Part shown: positions 46,790 to 57,228 of the stretch, in pieces
Layout of the letters: each line of letters begins with the position of its first letter
How positions within the stretch are numbered: position 1 is the stretch's first letter
Position numbers and translations under genes: made by a program
The notes under the pieces: model-generated
Databases searched by the model: none
Told to the model about the DNA's origin: nothing
What the model saw: only the letters and a program-made list of their open reading frames with translations
Assembly: GCA_965648905.1 (NCBI GenBank)
Contig: CBFGIT010000015.1
Location: 10,846 to 74,845 of the forward strand
Reading direction: 5' to 3'
Length of the DNA stretch: 64,000 bases
Source: a candidate division WOR-3 bacterium
GTDB taxonomy: Bacteria; Hydrothermota; Tepidihabitantia; Tepidihabitantales; Tepidihabitantaceae

Positions 46790-49700
46790 TCAAAATATGA
46801 GAACGAACTTGCCGACCTGATCGCCCGCCTCCGACTCAACATGGAAGAAGTAGGTGCCGGGTGCGGGTTTCTGCCGGCTTTCGTTCAACAGGTCCCAGTC
46901 CTCATCGCCGCCGTACTGGCCGGGAGAGCCACCGACATCAGGCCTGGTCTGGTGGTGCAACAGAGTCCGCACCAAGTCGCCGGCCATGTTGTAGATGCGG
47001 ATTTTGCAGTCGCCGGGCAGGTTTATGAACTTGAGTTTTCGGAAGTCACGGTGTCGTTCCCATTCGTTGGTGACGACGTAGGGGTTAGGCACGACCTTGA
47101 CCCTTCGGTCCAAAGTATCATTCACCTCGGACGGGCTGAAATCAACCTCGAAAGCGGCGAAGTACGGCGCTGGCGACAGGACTTTGCTGTAGAGCACCCA
47201 GGTGTCGCCATCGCCCGGCACGGCTGATTCCGTTAGGGAAAACCGGAAGAGGCTACCGCAGACATACATCGTTGGGGTGCGGTTGACAACAAAGGAGTCC
47301 ATCGCCGAGCTTGGCTGAACCCCGCGGAAGCACCAACCGTTGGCTGAGTCGGCGGTCGTCGCGTTTGAGGGATAGAAACGGTAGGGCACAGCAACGTCAT
47401 TATCCAGGTCGTAGACCGTAGCGGTGACAGCGCTGCCTCGGCGACCCCAGACGATGCGGTAGTCTGAGCCCCGGTATGCCCAGAGTGCCTTGTTCTCGGT
47501 CAGGTCAGCGACCGTCAGCGTTGACTCAGGATAGCTGCCGCTGATGATGCGCACACGTTCGTAGAACTGCTTGGGAATCGCGTCCATCTTCAGCTTCATG
47601 GCGATCTGCAGTACCGGCAACCAGGTACGGGTGGTATCGATGACCGTATCTCCGGTCCCGGTGACGCGGTTGCGGATGTCGGTGATGACCGAGTCGAAGA
47701 TCGCCGGCACCATGGAGACGGTGTCGGTTGCGGCATCAATCGCCAGACTGAAGCTCGTCGGACGAACCAGGGTCTCCCCTGCCTGATTGGTAACAGCATA
47801 CGAGTACACTGGACGGGACGTGGCGCGGTCAAAGGCAGGCTCGCCAAATGAGACCCGGTATGTCTCCCGGCGCACAGCATAGGGCACAAGCGGGGACGGC
47901 TCAATAGTCATACGCAGGGCGACGTTCCCGGATACCTGTCGTGCCGTGCCGGAGGCCGGCACGTATCCGGCGGCGTGGGTTCTGGGCACAACTCGCAGCG
48001 AGATGATCCCAGATTCAAGCGAAAGGGTATCAGGCGGCACCGAATCGCTGCCGCCGGTGTAGTTGATGTCAAACGCAGTCACCGCATAGTAGTAGGGAAA
48101 ACCAAGCCTCAGGCGGCTCGAGTCGACGAAGCTGTAGGATAGCCCAGCATCGACCGCTTTGGTCCGAAGCGATTCGACCACGGTCGTATCTTCATATCTG
48201 ATGCCGTCGTTGCGGTCGAACTGCGCCAGGAGCGACCACGTATTGGGCTGACCAGTGCGGCTACGGTAGACCTTGTAGCCTTGGAAATCCTGTTCTTTAT
48301 AGAACGGACTGGCGAGGGCCCGGGACAGAGGGTAAAAACGGTCCCTAGCATGCTCGGGGTAATCGTCCCATACTAGGGTCACGCGCCCGTCACCCGGGAC
48401 AGCAGTCAGGTTCGGACTCGGCGGCGGTTCCGGCGCAATCCAGTTGTTGTCGTAGGCCTGCTGAGCCGCCTGAGAAGCAAGTGCTAGATAGTAGGACATC
48501 GTTGTGTCCGAACCCGGAGCCCGGTCGGCGGCGATGACCGCAATCGTCACGGTCGCGATCTCGTTGGGCGCGAGGTCGAACGGGCCGGTCGCCTGCAAGA
48601 ACCGCTTGTCGGCTGGCGCCTGGTCGGTCGAATCGAACGGGTTATAGGGATGCTGGGGATTGGCGTAGTCATAGCCGGCGAGTGCCAGATACTGCTCAAA
48701 GTCGTCTTTCGGGTCGGCATCAGTAAGGGTGAATATCTTGAACGACGTCATGCCGAGCTGCCGACCCTCCGCCGGCTCGTCAATTAACCCATTCCCGTTG
48801 TTGTCCAGACCGTCGAACCCGTCAATCGTGCCGTCTGGATTCCTGACGTAAGGGCTCTGCAGGAAATCGAAACCGACCATCCCACTCGGAACGGCATCAT
48901 TGCTCCAGACATAGCCCATGTTATCGACGAAGACGGAATCGGTGTGGGAGTTGTTGTAGACGTACTTGTGCAGGGCAAGACCGCACCAGTCGTCAGCAGC
49001 GTTGCCGACGTCGGCATCACAGACCATCCCGATGCGCATCTCGCGGATCATGGCCGTGTCCCGGTTGCGTACGTCAAGCTTGAAGAATACGATGTCGCGA
49101 TTCCAGGGCAGAGTCCATGAGTAGGTCGTCTGATAGACCTCGATGTTCTGCGGGCGTGGAGTTGGGCTCAGGCTGGCAACATGTTGAGCCGGGTCTCGGT
49201 CATTAAACACCGTCCAAGCGTCACCAGTCGAGACCGCGCTGCGCGGAATGTAATAGAAATAGCCGGGAATCGTCTCGTTGCCGGACGGGATTCTGAGCGG
49301 CGTCTTCACTGAGTCGCTCAATCCGGGCGGGAAGTCGTCGAGGTTGGGCGGCCAGTCCTCGGGGTACACGTAGACGCGTTCGAATTCGCGGCTACCATAG
49401 CCGCCCAACGGGCTGTCAAAGCATCCCGGCGTCATCTCCGACTTGCCCGAGTTCGGGTTGTATCCATTTGAGACCAGGGTGTCCTTGTTAGGTCGCAGGC
49501 CCTTCTTGATTGACCCGATCCAGATGCCAGCACCATAGATGTACATGTCGCCCGAGCCGGCCGGCCACTCGCCACCGCCGGAACGCGTTTCGGAGTAACC
49601 GAATGTGCCGTAGTTCGATATGTTGATCCGCCACTGGTTCTTGAGATACTGCCGGTTTTCGAACTTACGCGAACCTGGTCGCCATGGTTTGCTGGCTGTC

Positions 49701-49795
49701 TTGGCCCACACCGGAGTAACCAGGACGACCAGAGCCAGCAGTCCGAGCACACCAAACCCTGCGGACAGACTCCTGAATGCCGATTTCGCCTTCAC
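46790..49795 (-). CDS. Large secreted protein with Fn3-like domain and C-terminal sorting domain
   Basis: Signal peptide; GEWP.GSG..YIYGAG; GPFDLAP; PPPSP.L...PGDG.V.L.WD; FQGYKVYRS; VVPNPY...FINLP..C.IRIY...GDLV. Confidence 0.75.
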   Translation of the reverse strand: MKAKSAFRSLSAGFGVLGLLALVVLVTPVWAKTASKPWRPGSRKFENRQYLKNQWRINISNYGTFGYSETRSGGGEWPAGSGDMYIYGAGIWIGSIKKGLRPNKDTLVSNGYNPNSGKSEMTPGCFDSPLGGYGSREFERVYVYPEDWPPNLDDFPPGLSDSVKTPLRIPSGNETIPGYFYYIPRSAVSTGDAWTVFNDRDPAQHVASLSPTPRPQNIEVYQTTYSWTLPWNRDIVFFKLDVRNRDTAMIREMRIGMVCDADVGNAADDWCGLALHKYVYNNSHTDSVFVDNMGYVWSNDAVPSGMVGFDFLQSPYVRNPDGTIDGFDGLDNNGNGLIDEPAEGRQLGMTSFKIFTLTDADPKDDFEQYLALAGYDYANPQHPYNPFDSTDQAPADKRFLQATGPFDLAPNEIATVTIAVIAADRAPGSDTTMSYYLALASQAAQQAYDNNWIAPEPPPSPNLTAVPGDGRVTLVWDDYPEHARDRFYPLSRALASPFYKEQDFQGYKVYRSRTGQPNTWSLLAQFDRNDGIRYEDTTVVESLRTKAVDAGLSYSFVDSSRLRLGFPYYYAVTAFDINYTGGSDSVPPDTLSLESGIISLRVVPRTHAAGYVPASGTARQVSGNVALRMTIEPSPLVPYAVRRETYRVSFGEPAFDRATSRPVYSYAVTNQAGETLVRPTSFSLAIDAATDTVSMVPAIFDSVITDIRNRVTGTGDTVIDTTRTWLPVLQIAMKLKMDAIPKQFYERVRIISGSYPESTLTVADLTENKALWAYRGSDYRIVWGRRGSAVTATVYDLDNDVAVPYRFYPSNATTADSANGWCFRGVQPSSAMDSFVVNRTPTMYVCGSLFRFSLTESAVPGDGDTWVLYSKVLSPAPYFAAFEVDFSPSEVNDTLDRRVKVVPNPYVVTNEWERHRDFRKLKFINLPGDCKIRIYNMAGDLVRTLLHHQTRPDVGGSPGQYGGDEDWDLLNESRQKPAPGTYFFHVESEAGDQVGKFVLIF

Positions 49796-49804
49796 GCTTC
49801 CTCC

Positions 49805-52633
49805 TCAGAACTCGAGACTGACGCCGACCCGAATCTGACGTGGCGCCCCATAGTTTATCGGATTGTCGACGAAGTCAAGATATCCGACCTTGTATGCCGA
49901 GTATTCCTCCTCGTCGGTGATGTAGCCGTCGTGATTGCGGTCGCGCACCGGGTTGTAGAGACTGGGGTTCAGGAGTGTCACGTCCGACGTCACCCCCCAG
50001 TTGGCAGGCGAGAGCGTGGCGGCGTAGCCATCGTCGTTAGGCAGACCGGTCGCACCGTAGACCCAGTGCACGGTTTGGTTGTTGAGCAGGTTCGTGACGA
50101 CCGCGGTGAGCCCGAGCTTGAGTGCGCCCACCCGGAAGAACTTGGCTGCGTTCAGATCAGCGGAGAAGCGTGGCGGCATCCGGGCTGAGTTGCGCTCCGC
50201 GGTCTGGCGGCCAGCATTCAGCCCGCGGGCTCCTACCTCACGGGGCGTGTACGGCAGGCCGGAACCGTAAGACACTAGCACGGTGCCGGACAGATCACGC
50301 AGCGGGACAAACCGGATGTCGCCCGGAAGGTCAACGCCGAGGCTGAGTTTGGCATTGTGGCGCTCGTCGAACTCGAGCGCGTAGTCCCGCCGGGGCGGCT
50401 CCATCTGCAGGCCGGTCACCGGGTCGGTGCCATAGCGATATCGTTCGTAGTACCACTCGTAGGTATAGGAGGCCGTGCCCCGCGCCAGCGACAGTCCATA
50501 GGAGACGCGGGCGTTCCAGTAATCGGCCAGCGTCTTCTGGACGCCGATTTCAAAGCCACGCACGCTGCCGTACTCCTCGTTAACCAAGGGAAAGTAGCCG
50601 AGCGGAATCGCAGGCTGAAACCGCGTGCCCATCAGGTCGAAGATGTCCTTGTAGTAGGCGGTCAGGTCAGCGACGACATGGCGGGAGACTTCCTGTTCGA
50701 GTCCGAGCTCGTAGGCAATCGTCTGCTGAGCAAGCAGGTCCGGATTGCCGATGATCATGTTGCCGCGCGAATAGGCAGCACTGCCGATGTTGTCGAATAG
50801 ATAACGGTAGGCCGGGGTCTGAAAGAAGTGACCGTAGGAGAACCGGAATTTGGTCTTGTTTGTGATAGGGAAGGAAACGCCGAGTCGGGGTGACAGCTTG
50901 AACTTGGTCTTCGCCGCCACGGTCGAAGTGTCCTCGATGACGTCAGGCCGGAGCCGCTTGCGGGTCATCGGATCAAGATAGTCAAGCCGCAATCCGGCCC
51001 GGACGACAAGGTCCTCAAAGTCCATCCGGTCCTGAACAAAGGCCGCAGCGTTGACCGGCTCAACGTCATAGGAATCGACAAACGGGTTCGGGTCCCAAGG
51101 AAGTGAATTGTAACGCCGATGCAGATAGTTCTTGCGTAGTTCCAGACCGGTCTTCAGCTCGTGTACCTTGCCAACGTTGTGGGTGATGTCGCCCTTGAAG
51201 GTCAGGACGTCAGACCAATGCATCTGAAAGAGCCGGTAATCACCCGTGCCGTAATACAAGTTGTAGATACCCCAAGGGTTATTCGTGTTCACTTGAGACT
51301 GCTGCTCGTAGCCTGGCATCGGGTGAAACAACACCGAGTCGTTCTTTTTGACCGTATCCTCAGCCTTGAAAATGTAGTCTTCCCAGAACCGCTTGGCGAA
51401 GTTGCGCTCCTCGGCCTCGCGTTCGAGGTCTCGCACTGCGGTCGTCCGTTCATCCCCAAAGTAGTTGAACCGCAGGGTATAGAAGGTCTCCTTGGTCAGC
51501 ATGTGGTTCATGGACACATCGGCCTTCTTCGCTCGGTCGCGTCGTGACAGGAAATGGTCGAGATTGTACTTGAACCCAAGGTGGTTCTCGTTCTCCCGGT
51601 CCCATGGGTATAGCTCAATCTGCTCGCGCGCCGCGAAGCCATCCGCGGTCAGCCGCATTCCTTCGTTGACCGGCAGGGAGTAAGTCAGCTTCATTGTCCC
51701 CTTGTAGTCCTGCCGCTGCTGATGGCGCAGCTTGTACTTCAGAGGGCTGTAGTCATCGGTGAAGTACAGCTCACCGGAGAAGAAGTAGCGGAGTCGCGTC
51801 TGACCCGGCACCGGGCCACCCAGCGATGCCTCGTACCGGTTGTCGCCGAAGTTCAGCCCGCCCGGAAACAACTCATCGGTCGTATACTTGAGCCGTCCCT
51901 TGAGCTGACCTTTGCCTTCCTTGGTGATGACTTGGATGATGCCCGACATCGCCTCGCCGTACTCAGCGTCAAAGCCGCCGGAGATGATGACGACTTCCGC
52001 CGTTGCCTCGGGGTTGACGCGGGCGGCCTGATATCCGAACAACGGGTCCGAAGTCGCCACGCCGTCAACGTAGTACGCAACTTCGTCCGGTCTGCCGCCG
52101 CGGAGGTGCTGACCGTAAACTGGACTGGTCACAACGCCGGTCTGGAGCCGGACGATGTCAGCCAAAGTCGCGACCGGCAGTTTGGCAATCTCCTCGTCGG
52201 TCATCGGTCGGCTCGTGCTCGCAACGGTCCGAACAATTGCGTCCCGGGTTCCGGCAACGACGACCTCGCCGACCTGAATCCGCTCGCCGCTTCCCAGGGC
52301 GAAATCCTCGGTTACAGTCTGGTCCGGGATTACTACGACTCCGGTCTTTCGCTGCGTCTCATAACCGATATATGAACAAACTAGGTCGTGCCGACCAGCC
52401 GGTACGTTGGCCACAAGATACTCGCCAGTCGCATCACTTGCCGCGCCGAGTTCGGTTCCTTCAACAACGACGTTGGCGCCAATCAGCGGCTCACGAGTCT
52501 TCGCGTCAAGCACACGACCCCGAAGTCGGCCGGTCGCTGCAGCATGAGCCGCGCCCACAAGCACCAGCAGGAACATGACCGCGCTCTGGACGACAGTCCG
52601 GCACTTCCTGGATTTCTGTCTCCTGCTTGTCAT
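49805..52633 (-). CDS. TonB-dependent receptor with N-terminal carboxypeptidase-regulatory-like domain
   Basis: GRVLDAKTREPLIGANV; RGGR..EV.YYVDG; GGFDAEYG.A.SG; SPRLGVSFP; C-terminal PRQIRVGVSLEF. Confidence 0.93.
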   Translation of the reverse strand: MTSRRQKSRKCRTVVQSAVMFLLVLVGAAHAAATGRLRGRVLDAKTREPLIGANVVVEGTELGAASDATGEYLVANVPAGRHDLVCSYIGYETQRKTGVVVIPDQTVTEDFALGSGERIQVGEVVVAGTRDAIVRTVASTSRPMTDEEIAKLPVATLADIVRLQTGVVTSPVYGQHLRGGRPDEVAYYVDGVATSDPLFGYQAARVNPEATAEVVIISGGFDAEYGEAMSGIIQVITKEGKGQLKGRLKYTTDELFPGGLNFGDNRYEASLGGPVPGQTRLRYFFSGELYFTDDYSPLKYKLRHQQRQDYKGTMKLTYSLPVNEGMRLTADGFAAREQIELYPWDRENENHLGFKYNLDHFLSRRDRAKKADVSMNHMLTKETFYTLRFNYFGDERTTAVRDLEREAEERNFAKRFWEDYIFKAEDTVKKNDSVLFHPMPGYEQQSQVNTNNPWGIYNLYYGTGDYRLFQMHWSDVLTFKGDITHNVGKVHELKTGLELRKNYLHRRYNSLPWDPNPFVDSYDVEPVNAAAFVQDRMDFEDLVVRAGLRLDYLDPMTRKRLRPDVIEDTSTVAAKTKFKLSPRLGVSFPITNKTKFRFSYGHFFQTPAYRYLFDNIGSAAYSRGNMIIGNPDLLAQQTIAYELGLEQEVSRHVVADLTAYYKDIFDLMGTRFQPAIPLGYFPLVNEEYGSVRGFEIGVQKTLADYWNARVSYGLSLARGTASYTYEWYYERYRYGTDPVTGLQMEPPRRDYALEFDERHNAKLSLGVDLPGDIRFVPLRDLSGTVLVSYGSGLPYTPREVGARGLNAGRQTAERNSARMPPRFSADLNAAKFFRVGALKLGLTAVVTNLLNNQTVHWVYGATGLPNDDGYAATLSPANWGVTSDVTLLNPSLYNPVRDRNHDGYITDEEEYSAYKVGYLDFVDNPINYGAPRQIRVGVSLEF

Positions 52634-52642
52634 CTTCGCCTC

Positions 52643-53683
52643 CTATGGTCTCGGTAGCACCCGGATTGGTAGCGCCCAGGTTGCGCTCGTGAAAGGGGCA
52701 TCGCGGTACAGAACGTTTGACATGGGAAGCACCTGGACGTAGACGTGCTGACAGCCGGTGCTAGAGAATCTGAATGTCGCCGCGCCCCTTCTGGCTCCAG
52801 CCGTGATGTCGGTTTTCCTGCCCTCGATGCCGAGGAAGAATCGGTTCCGGTCCACGTTGGTGTCTGACGGCGTGCTTGTCGTGACGACCAAGTCGACCTG
52901 CTCGTCTTGATGAATGGTATACAGCGTATCGATCGACCGTAGGTTGTACAGACCGCGTCCGTCGCGCCGAGGGGAATAGAAAAAGGTATCCGACTGGCCG
53001 GGACGATTGAGCACGACCCGACTGATGCTCGGAGCGTCCTGCGCCGCGGGCACGAATACGCCGAAACCGGTCATCTTCTCGACCCGATAAGGCCCGGCCG
53101 AGTCCTTAGGCAGGAATACCTCCCGTCGCGCAGCCCAGTCGTGGGTCTTGGCTGTGGTCTCAGGGGTACTGAATCCGCGGCGCTCGGTGCCGACGACCCG
53201 ATAGACAACCGACGTATCAGGCAGGGTCTCGGGCGCAAACGAAACAACCCAGAGGCTATCATAAAGGAAGTACGTCTTGGTTCGAGCCAGCGTGTCGCGA
53301 CACGCCACCTGGCAGAACGTGTCACGCATCGGTCTTCCCTGCAGCACCATCGTGTCGACGGCAACGCCGAAGCGATAATCCAGCGCGTACCCGCTCTCTG
53401 CCGGGACTGACCAGACCGCAAGCAGATGGGCGAACTTGTACAGAGGGGCGCCGTTCGGGGAGGTGCTGTCGGCCGCGGTCAGCCGCACCGACAGGTTAAG
53501 CCGCAGCGTGTCAGACAGCGCCTGGTAAGCATCAAGGATCCCGCGCCATGCAGCCAGCGTGTCTCTGACTGCGGCCGAGTCGACTTCGCTCCACCATTGC
53601 CAGTCTGCCGGCGCTTCGGTCCCGCAATGGGTCATGAGCAGACAGAGTGTAACAAACAGCAAGAAACCAGCAGTTTGCCTCAT
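52643..53683 (-). CDS. Hypothetical lipoprotein
   Basis: GAGG RBS; LLMTHC signal; directly upstream of the TBDR. Confidence 0.7.
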   Translation of the reverse strand: MRQTAGFLLFVTLCLLMTHCGTEAPADWQWWSEVDSAAVRDTLAAWRGILDAYQALSDTLRLNLSVRLTAADSTSPNGAPLYKFAHLLAVWSVPAESGYALDYRFGVAVDTMVLQGRPMRDTFCQVACRDTLARTKTYFLYDSLWVVSFAPETLPDTSVVYRVVGTERRGFSTPETTAKTHDWAARREVFLPKDSAGPYRVEKMTGFGVFVPAAQDAPSISRVVLNRPGQSDTFFYSPRRDGRGLYNLRSIDTLYTIHQDEQVDLVVTTSTPSDTNVDRNRFFLGIEGRKTDITAGARRGAATFRFSSTGCQHVYVQVLPMSNVLYRDAPFTSATWALPIRVLPRP

Positions 53684-53770
53684 GCAGCCTCCTCAGAGTT
53701 GTGAGCGCAAGTCCGTACCGAGCGTAACACGCCTGGCTCGGTCCTATCCCTGCGCCGCTGCCTCAAGAAC

Positions 53771-53798
53771 GCGGGGCGGGCCTCGCGGCCCGCCCCGC
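53771..53798 (-). terminator. Intrinsic terminator-like hairpin
   Basis: GCGGGGCGGGCC-loop-GGCCCGCCCCGC (12-bp stem) 10 nt after stop 53808. Confidence 0.7.
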
Positions 53799-53807
53799 AG
53801 AATCGGA

Positions 53808-55574
53808 CTAGTGAGCTACCGTCAGCTTCTTCGTTACCGAAGATGCGCTCGTGCTCAGTGTATAGAAGTAGACGCCAGCCGCCATGTTGCTTGCATCCAG
53901 CGTCGTGCTGTAGCGTCCGGGCTCACGCTTGCCCGAGACCAGTGTCTTCACGGGCCGGCCGGCCACGTCGCTCACAACGAGTGATACGTCGCCGCCGCGC
54001 GGAAGCGCATACGATATCTGAGCGCGGCCGTGAACCGGATTGGGCGAGGCGCTCAGAGCAACGCGCGCCGGCACCACGTTCCCAGCCTCGGCAACGCCAT
54101 CCGGGATAATCAAGTTCCTCGGTATCTTTGAGAGGAGCATCGGGTTGAAGCTCCAGTCGCCGACCGGTGAGGAACCAGCCTTGAGTCCGGCGATCGCGTC
54201 AGCCTGATAGAGAATGCAGACCGTATCGCAGTCACCACCATCAATTGCGATGTCGCTGATTGATGGGAACCGGTGGGAAGCCGTGCCCTGCGAGTTGACC
54301 ATCTGCGGTTCGGTCCAGGTCAGACCGCCGTCATTGGAGCCAGAGACCCACACGTCGGCGCGGAACAGGTTGGTCGACGGCTCGATGTTTGTCGGGTCAA
54401 ACTGCTCCCAGGTGCAGAACAGGTTGCCATCGTTGTCCCGACCAAGCATCGGCCTGCAGGCCATTGTGGCGTTGGTCCCGCACGGATTCGGACTGGTGTG
54501 CGCCTCGAGATCAGCCCGGGCGATAAATGACCACTCCGGGCTGTTCTCAGCACACCAGTGCCAGATTTCGCTGGGGAAGAGAAAGACCGTGTCGTTAATG
54601 ATCGGCAGCGTGTTCACGACGATGTGCAGCCGGTCCTCCGCATCCAGAAACGGATTGATGGAAGTAATCCAGTAGTAAGAACTCGTGTCGCCGCCACCGC
54701 TGTAGGCAGGTGGGAAAGTCATCTCAACCTCGGGGTCCCAGTTCGTACCACCGTCGCTCGAGATCCGGTAGTAACCGTTCCCGCCGTTACTCGCTCCAGT
54801 TGCGGACCAGGCTAGGCAGACCTTGGGGCTTGCCTGCGAAGCAACGATCGTGTAGGTTGGAAACTCAGGTGCTACCGGCGTTACCTGGGCGGGTGGATCC
54901 CACGTGCACCACGTCGCGGCACGGCTATAGAACATGTTGTCCCGTGATGCGTCATCGCTCAGGGCCAAATGGATAGTCCGGTCATTGCCAACGCTGACCG
55001 GCGGCCACAGGTAGGCATTGAGGTCGGGGTCGCCACTGCAATACTCGAAAATGCCGGCACCAGCCGCGATGTCACGTGCAACAAGTGGGTAGATGGGGGC
55101 GATGTCGGTCTGGTGGTATGACACCACTGCTGCACCGGTGGTCGGGTCAGCCGAGAGGCTGCCGAAGCCGGAGCGTGCCGTGGAGACGTTCACGCCGGAA
55201 AGCATGAAATCCGGGTCAAGCCAGTTGTACGTACCCTGTGAGTAGTCGTAGTACTGGTAGCGCATGTTCCGGTCCGGCTGGTTGCCTGTTGTGTCGTTTG
55301 AGTACATCCACAGCAGGTGCAAGCCAGAGCCGGGCGAGTTCACGCAGAAACGGTAGGTCGGTCCGTTCGCGACCCAGTCGTAGATTGTTCCGCCAACCGT
55401 GTCGACCGTTCCGAGCCACAACGCCTTAGGTGGCACAGGCGACCCGCTGAACCTGGCCGGGCTACCTGTAACCTGCGGACCGACCGGCGGCGCGACCACC
55501 GTCTCGGATCGCAGATTCCCTGCTCCCAGTGCCAGCACCGGGACAAGCAGGACAAAACATAGCACGTTACGCAT
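53808..55574 (-). CDS. Secreted BNR/Asp-box protein with T9SS-like CTD
   Basis: Signal peptide; SSDGGTNW and SNDGGLTW Asp-boxes; SPNP...DVAGR.V...AGVYFY; AGGAGG RBS. Confidence 0.8.
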   Translation of the reverse strand: MRNVLCFVLLVPVLALGAGNLRSETVVAPPVGPQVTGSPARFSGSPVPPKALWLGTVDTVGGTIYDWVANGPTYRFCVNSPGSGLHLLWMYSNDTTGNQPDRNMRYQYYDYSQGTYNWLDPDFMLSGVNVSTARSGFGSLSADPTTGAAVVSYHQTDIAPIYPLVARDIAAGAGIFEYCSGDPDLNAYLWPPVSVGNDRTIHLALSDDASRDNMFYSRAATWCTWDPPAQVTPVAPEFPTYTIVASQASPKVCLAWSATGASNGGNGYYRISSDGGTNWDPEVEMTFPPAYSGGGDTSSYYWITSINPFLDAEDRLHIVVNTLPIINDTVFLFPSEIWHWCAENSPEWSFIARADLEAHTSPNPCGTNATMACRPMLGRDNDGNLFCTWEQFDPTNIEPSTNLFRADVWVSGSNDGGLTWTEPQMVNSQGTASHRFPSISDIAIDGGDCDTVCILYQADAIAGLKAGSSPVGDWSFNPMLLSKIPRNLIIPDGVAEAGNVVPARVALSASPNPVHGRAQISYALPRGGDVSLVVSDVAGRPVKTLVSGKREPGRYSTTLDASNMAAGVYFYTLSTSASSVTKKLTVAH

Positions 55575-55711
55575 CAGACTCCTCCTTTGTTAGAGATGCT
55601 ATGTCGGTCATATCTTCGGACTCCCGCGGCCAGCGGCCACGGGTCTTCGCTGTCACCAGCCCGGCGGTCCGGGCTGTCTCTTGAGACTTTGGACTGATCA
55701 GTCTCATCGCG

Positions 55712-56341
55712 CTACTGCAGCGTGAAACGGAACGGGATGGACACCCATACCCTGACTGCCTTGTCACGCTGCTTTGCCGGCGAAAACTTCGCTCGCATCG
55801 CCGCGTCTACCGCAGCCGCATCGAGCGAAGTATTGCCCGAGCTCTTCAATATCCTAGCGTCCGCAATGCCGCCGTCAACGTCGACGAGGGCCTCGATTAC
55901 AGCCTGGCCCTCGATTCCTGCCTGACGCGCCATGTCCGGATAGTTCGGGACCGGAATGTTGACCGGCTGGGGCTTGACCTCGACCTTCCAGAAAGGTACT
56001 ACCGGAATGTCGGTTTCTTCGGTACGCCTGATTACTTCGGTGAACGTCGTTGCTTCAATCGTTTGCTGCTCTACTTCAGCCTCGGTCTGCGCGGCAACCG
56101 GGACAGTAGCGGGCTTCTCGGCCTTGGGAGGCTCGGCGATCTTCTCGAGTTCAGGCGGCAGCGCCTCCATAATTGTCGCCACGGAGCGCCTGAGTTGATA
56201 CGGTTGAACCACGAACTCCCGAGGCAGGACGAGAAAGGCCGCCATAATCAGAACCAGCGCAACCGCAGTGGCGGTGCGTATCGCCACGGCGTAGTAGTGG
56301 TCTTCCCACTCGAGGAACTGTATGCCGACTCGTTCTGCCAT
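55712..56341 (-). CDS. tonB: Energy transducer TonB
   Basis: TM anchor, Pro-rich linker, YPDMARQAGIEG.....VDVDG...SSG...LD..A...FSPA. Confidence 0.92.
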   Translation of the reverse strand: MAERVGIQFLEWEDHYYAVAIRTATAVALVLIMAAFLVLPREFVVQPYQLRRSVATIMEALPPELEKIAEPPKAEKPATVPVAAQTEAEVEQQTIEATTFTEVIRRTEETDIPVVPFWKVEVKPQPVNIPVPNYPDMARQAGIEGQAVIEALVDVDGGIADARILKSSGNTSLDAAAVDAAMRAKFSPAKQRDKAVRVWVSIPFRFTLQ

Positions 56342-56342
56342 G

Positions 56343-56762
56343 CTAGCTTCCTTCCATTCGGTAGCCGGTCGCGAAGGTCACCTTCAGGGCACGGGCAGGC
56401 TTGAGTGCTTCGAGCACATCGGTCACATAGCCGTAGGGAACGTCCTTGTCGGCCTGCAGAACGACCACGATATCGGGGTTTTCAATCACGCGGTCGGTCA
56501 TCACCGCGGTCACTCCGGCAGGGGTAACCAGATTGTCGCTTATCGAGATACGCCCGGCCTTGTCGATCCAAATGTTCTCGGTGTTACGGCGTTTCAAGAT
56601 ACGCTCGGTGGACTGGGCTTGAGGCAGCACGACCTTGAGGCCCTGCCCGGCTCGGAACGTCGTGCCGACGAGGAAGAAGATAATGAGCAGGAAAGCAATG
56701 TCCCCGGTTGAGGCGGTCGGGATGTCAGGGGAAGACTGCTTCTTGCCTTCGATGCGTTTCAC
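56343..56762 (-). CDS. exbD: Biopolymer transport protein ExbD
   Basis: DIAFLLIIFFLV, ADK.V.YG.V..VL. Confidence 0.9.
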   Translation of the reverse strand: MKRIEGKKQSSPDIPTASTGDIAFLLIIFFLVGTTFRAGQGLKVVLPQAQSTERILKRRNTENIWIDKAGRISISDNLVTPAGVTAVMTDRVIENPDIVVVLQADKDVPYGYVTDVLEALKPARALKVTFATGYRMEGS

Positions 56763-57187
56763 GGCCCAGTCCCTTCCTCTTCAAGTACCGGCATCAGGCT
56801 GACGCGTTCGGCCTTGGCCAGCTTCAGTTCGTCGAAGACTTTGACCATGACCTCATACGGAGCCTTGCGGCTGACCCGCAGCGCGATCGCCAAGTCCTTG
56901 TTCTCGGCCAGGCGTTCGGCGACTAGCTCCTGGACCTGGTCGACGTTGACTATTCGGTCGCCGACCAGAACCTGGCCTGCCGGGTTCACCGCAACGGTCA
57001 GGATGTTTTCGGGTTTTATCTTGACTGCCTCGCCCTGTTCGGGCAGGACAATCTTCAGCCCCTTCTCCTTGGCGAACATGCTGGTGGACATGAAGAAAAT
57101 CAAGATGAGGAAGGCGATGTCGCCGGTCGAAGCGGTCGGGATCTGAGGCCGCCCGACTCCGTGCTTCTTTCTCAGGCTTAGGGCCAT
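56759..57187 (-). CDS. exbD: Biopolymer transport protein ExbD (second copy)
   Basis: IPTASTGDIAFLILIFFM. Confidence 0.9.
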   Translation of the reverse strand: MALSLRKKHGVGRPQIPTASTGDIAFLILIFFMSTSMFAKEKGLKIVLPEQGEAVKIKPENILTVAVNPAGQVLVGDRIVNVDQVQELVAERLAENKDLAIALRVSRKAPYEVMVKVFDELKLAKAERVSLMPVLEEEGTGP

Positions 57188-57228
57188 TCTAGTTCTCCCG
57201 GACGAACACGGTTCTGCTCACAGGTGTC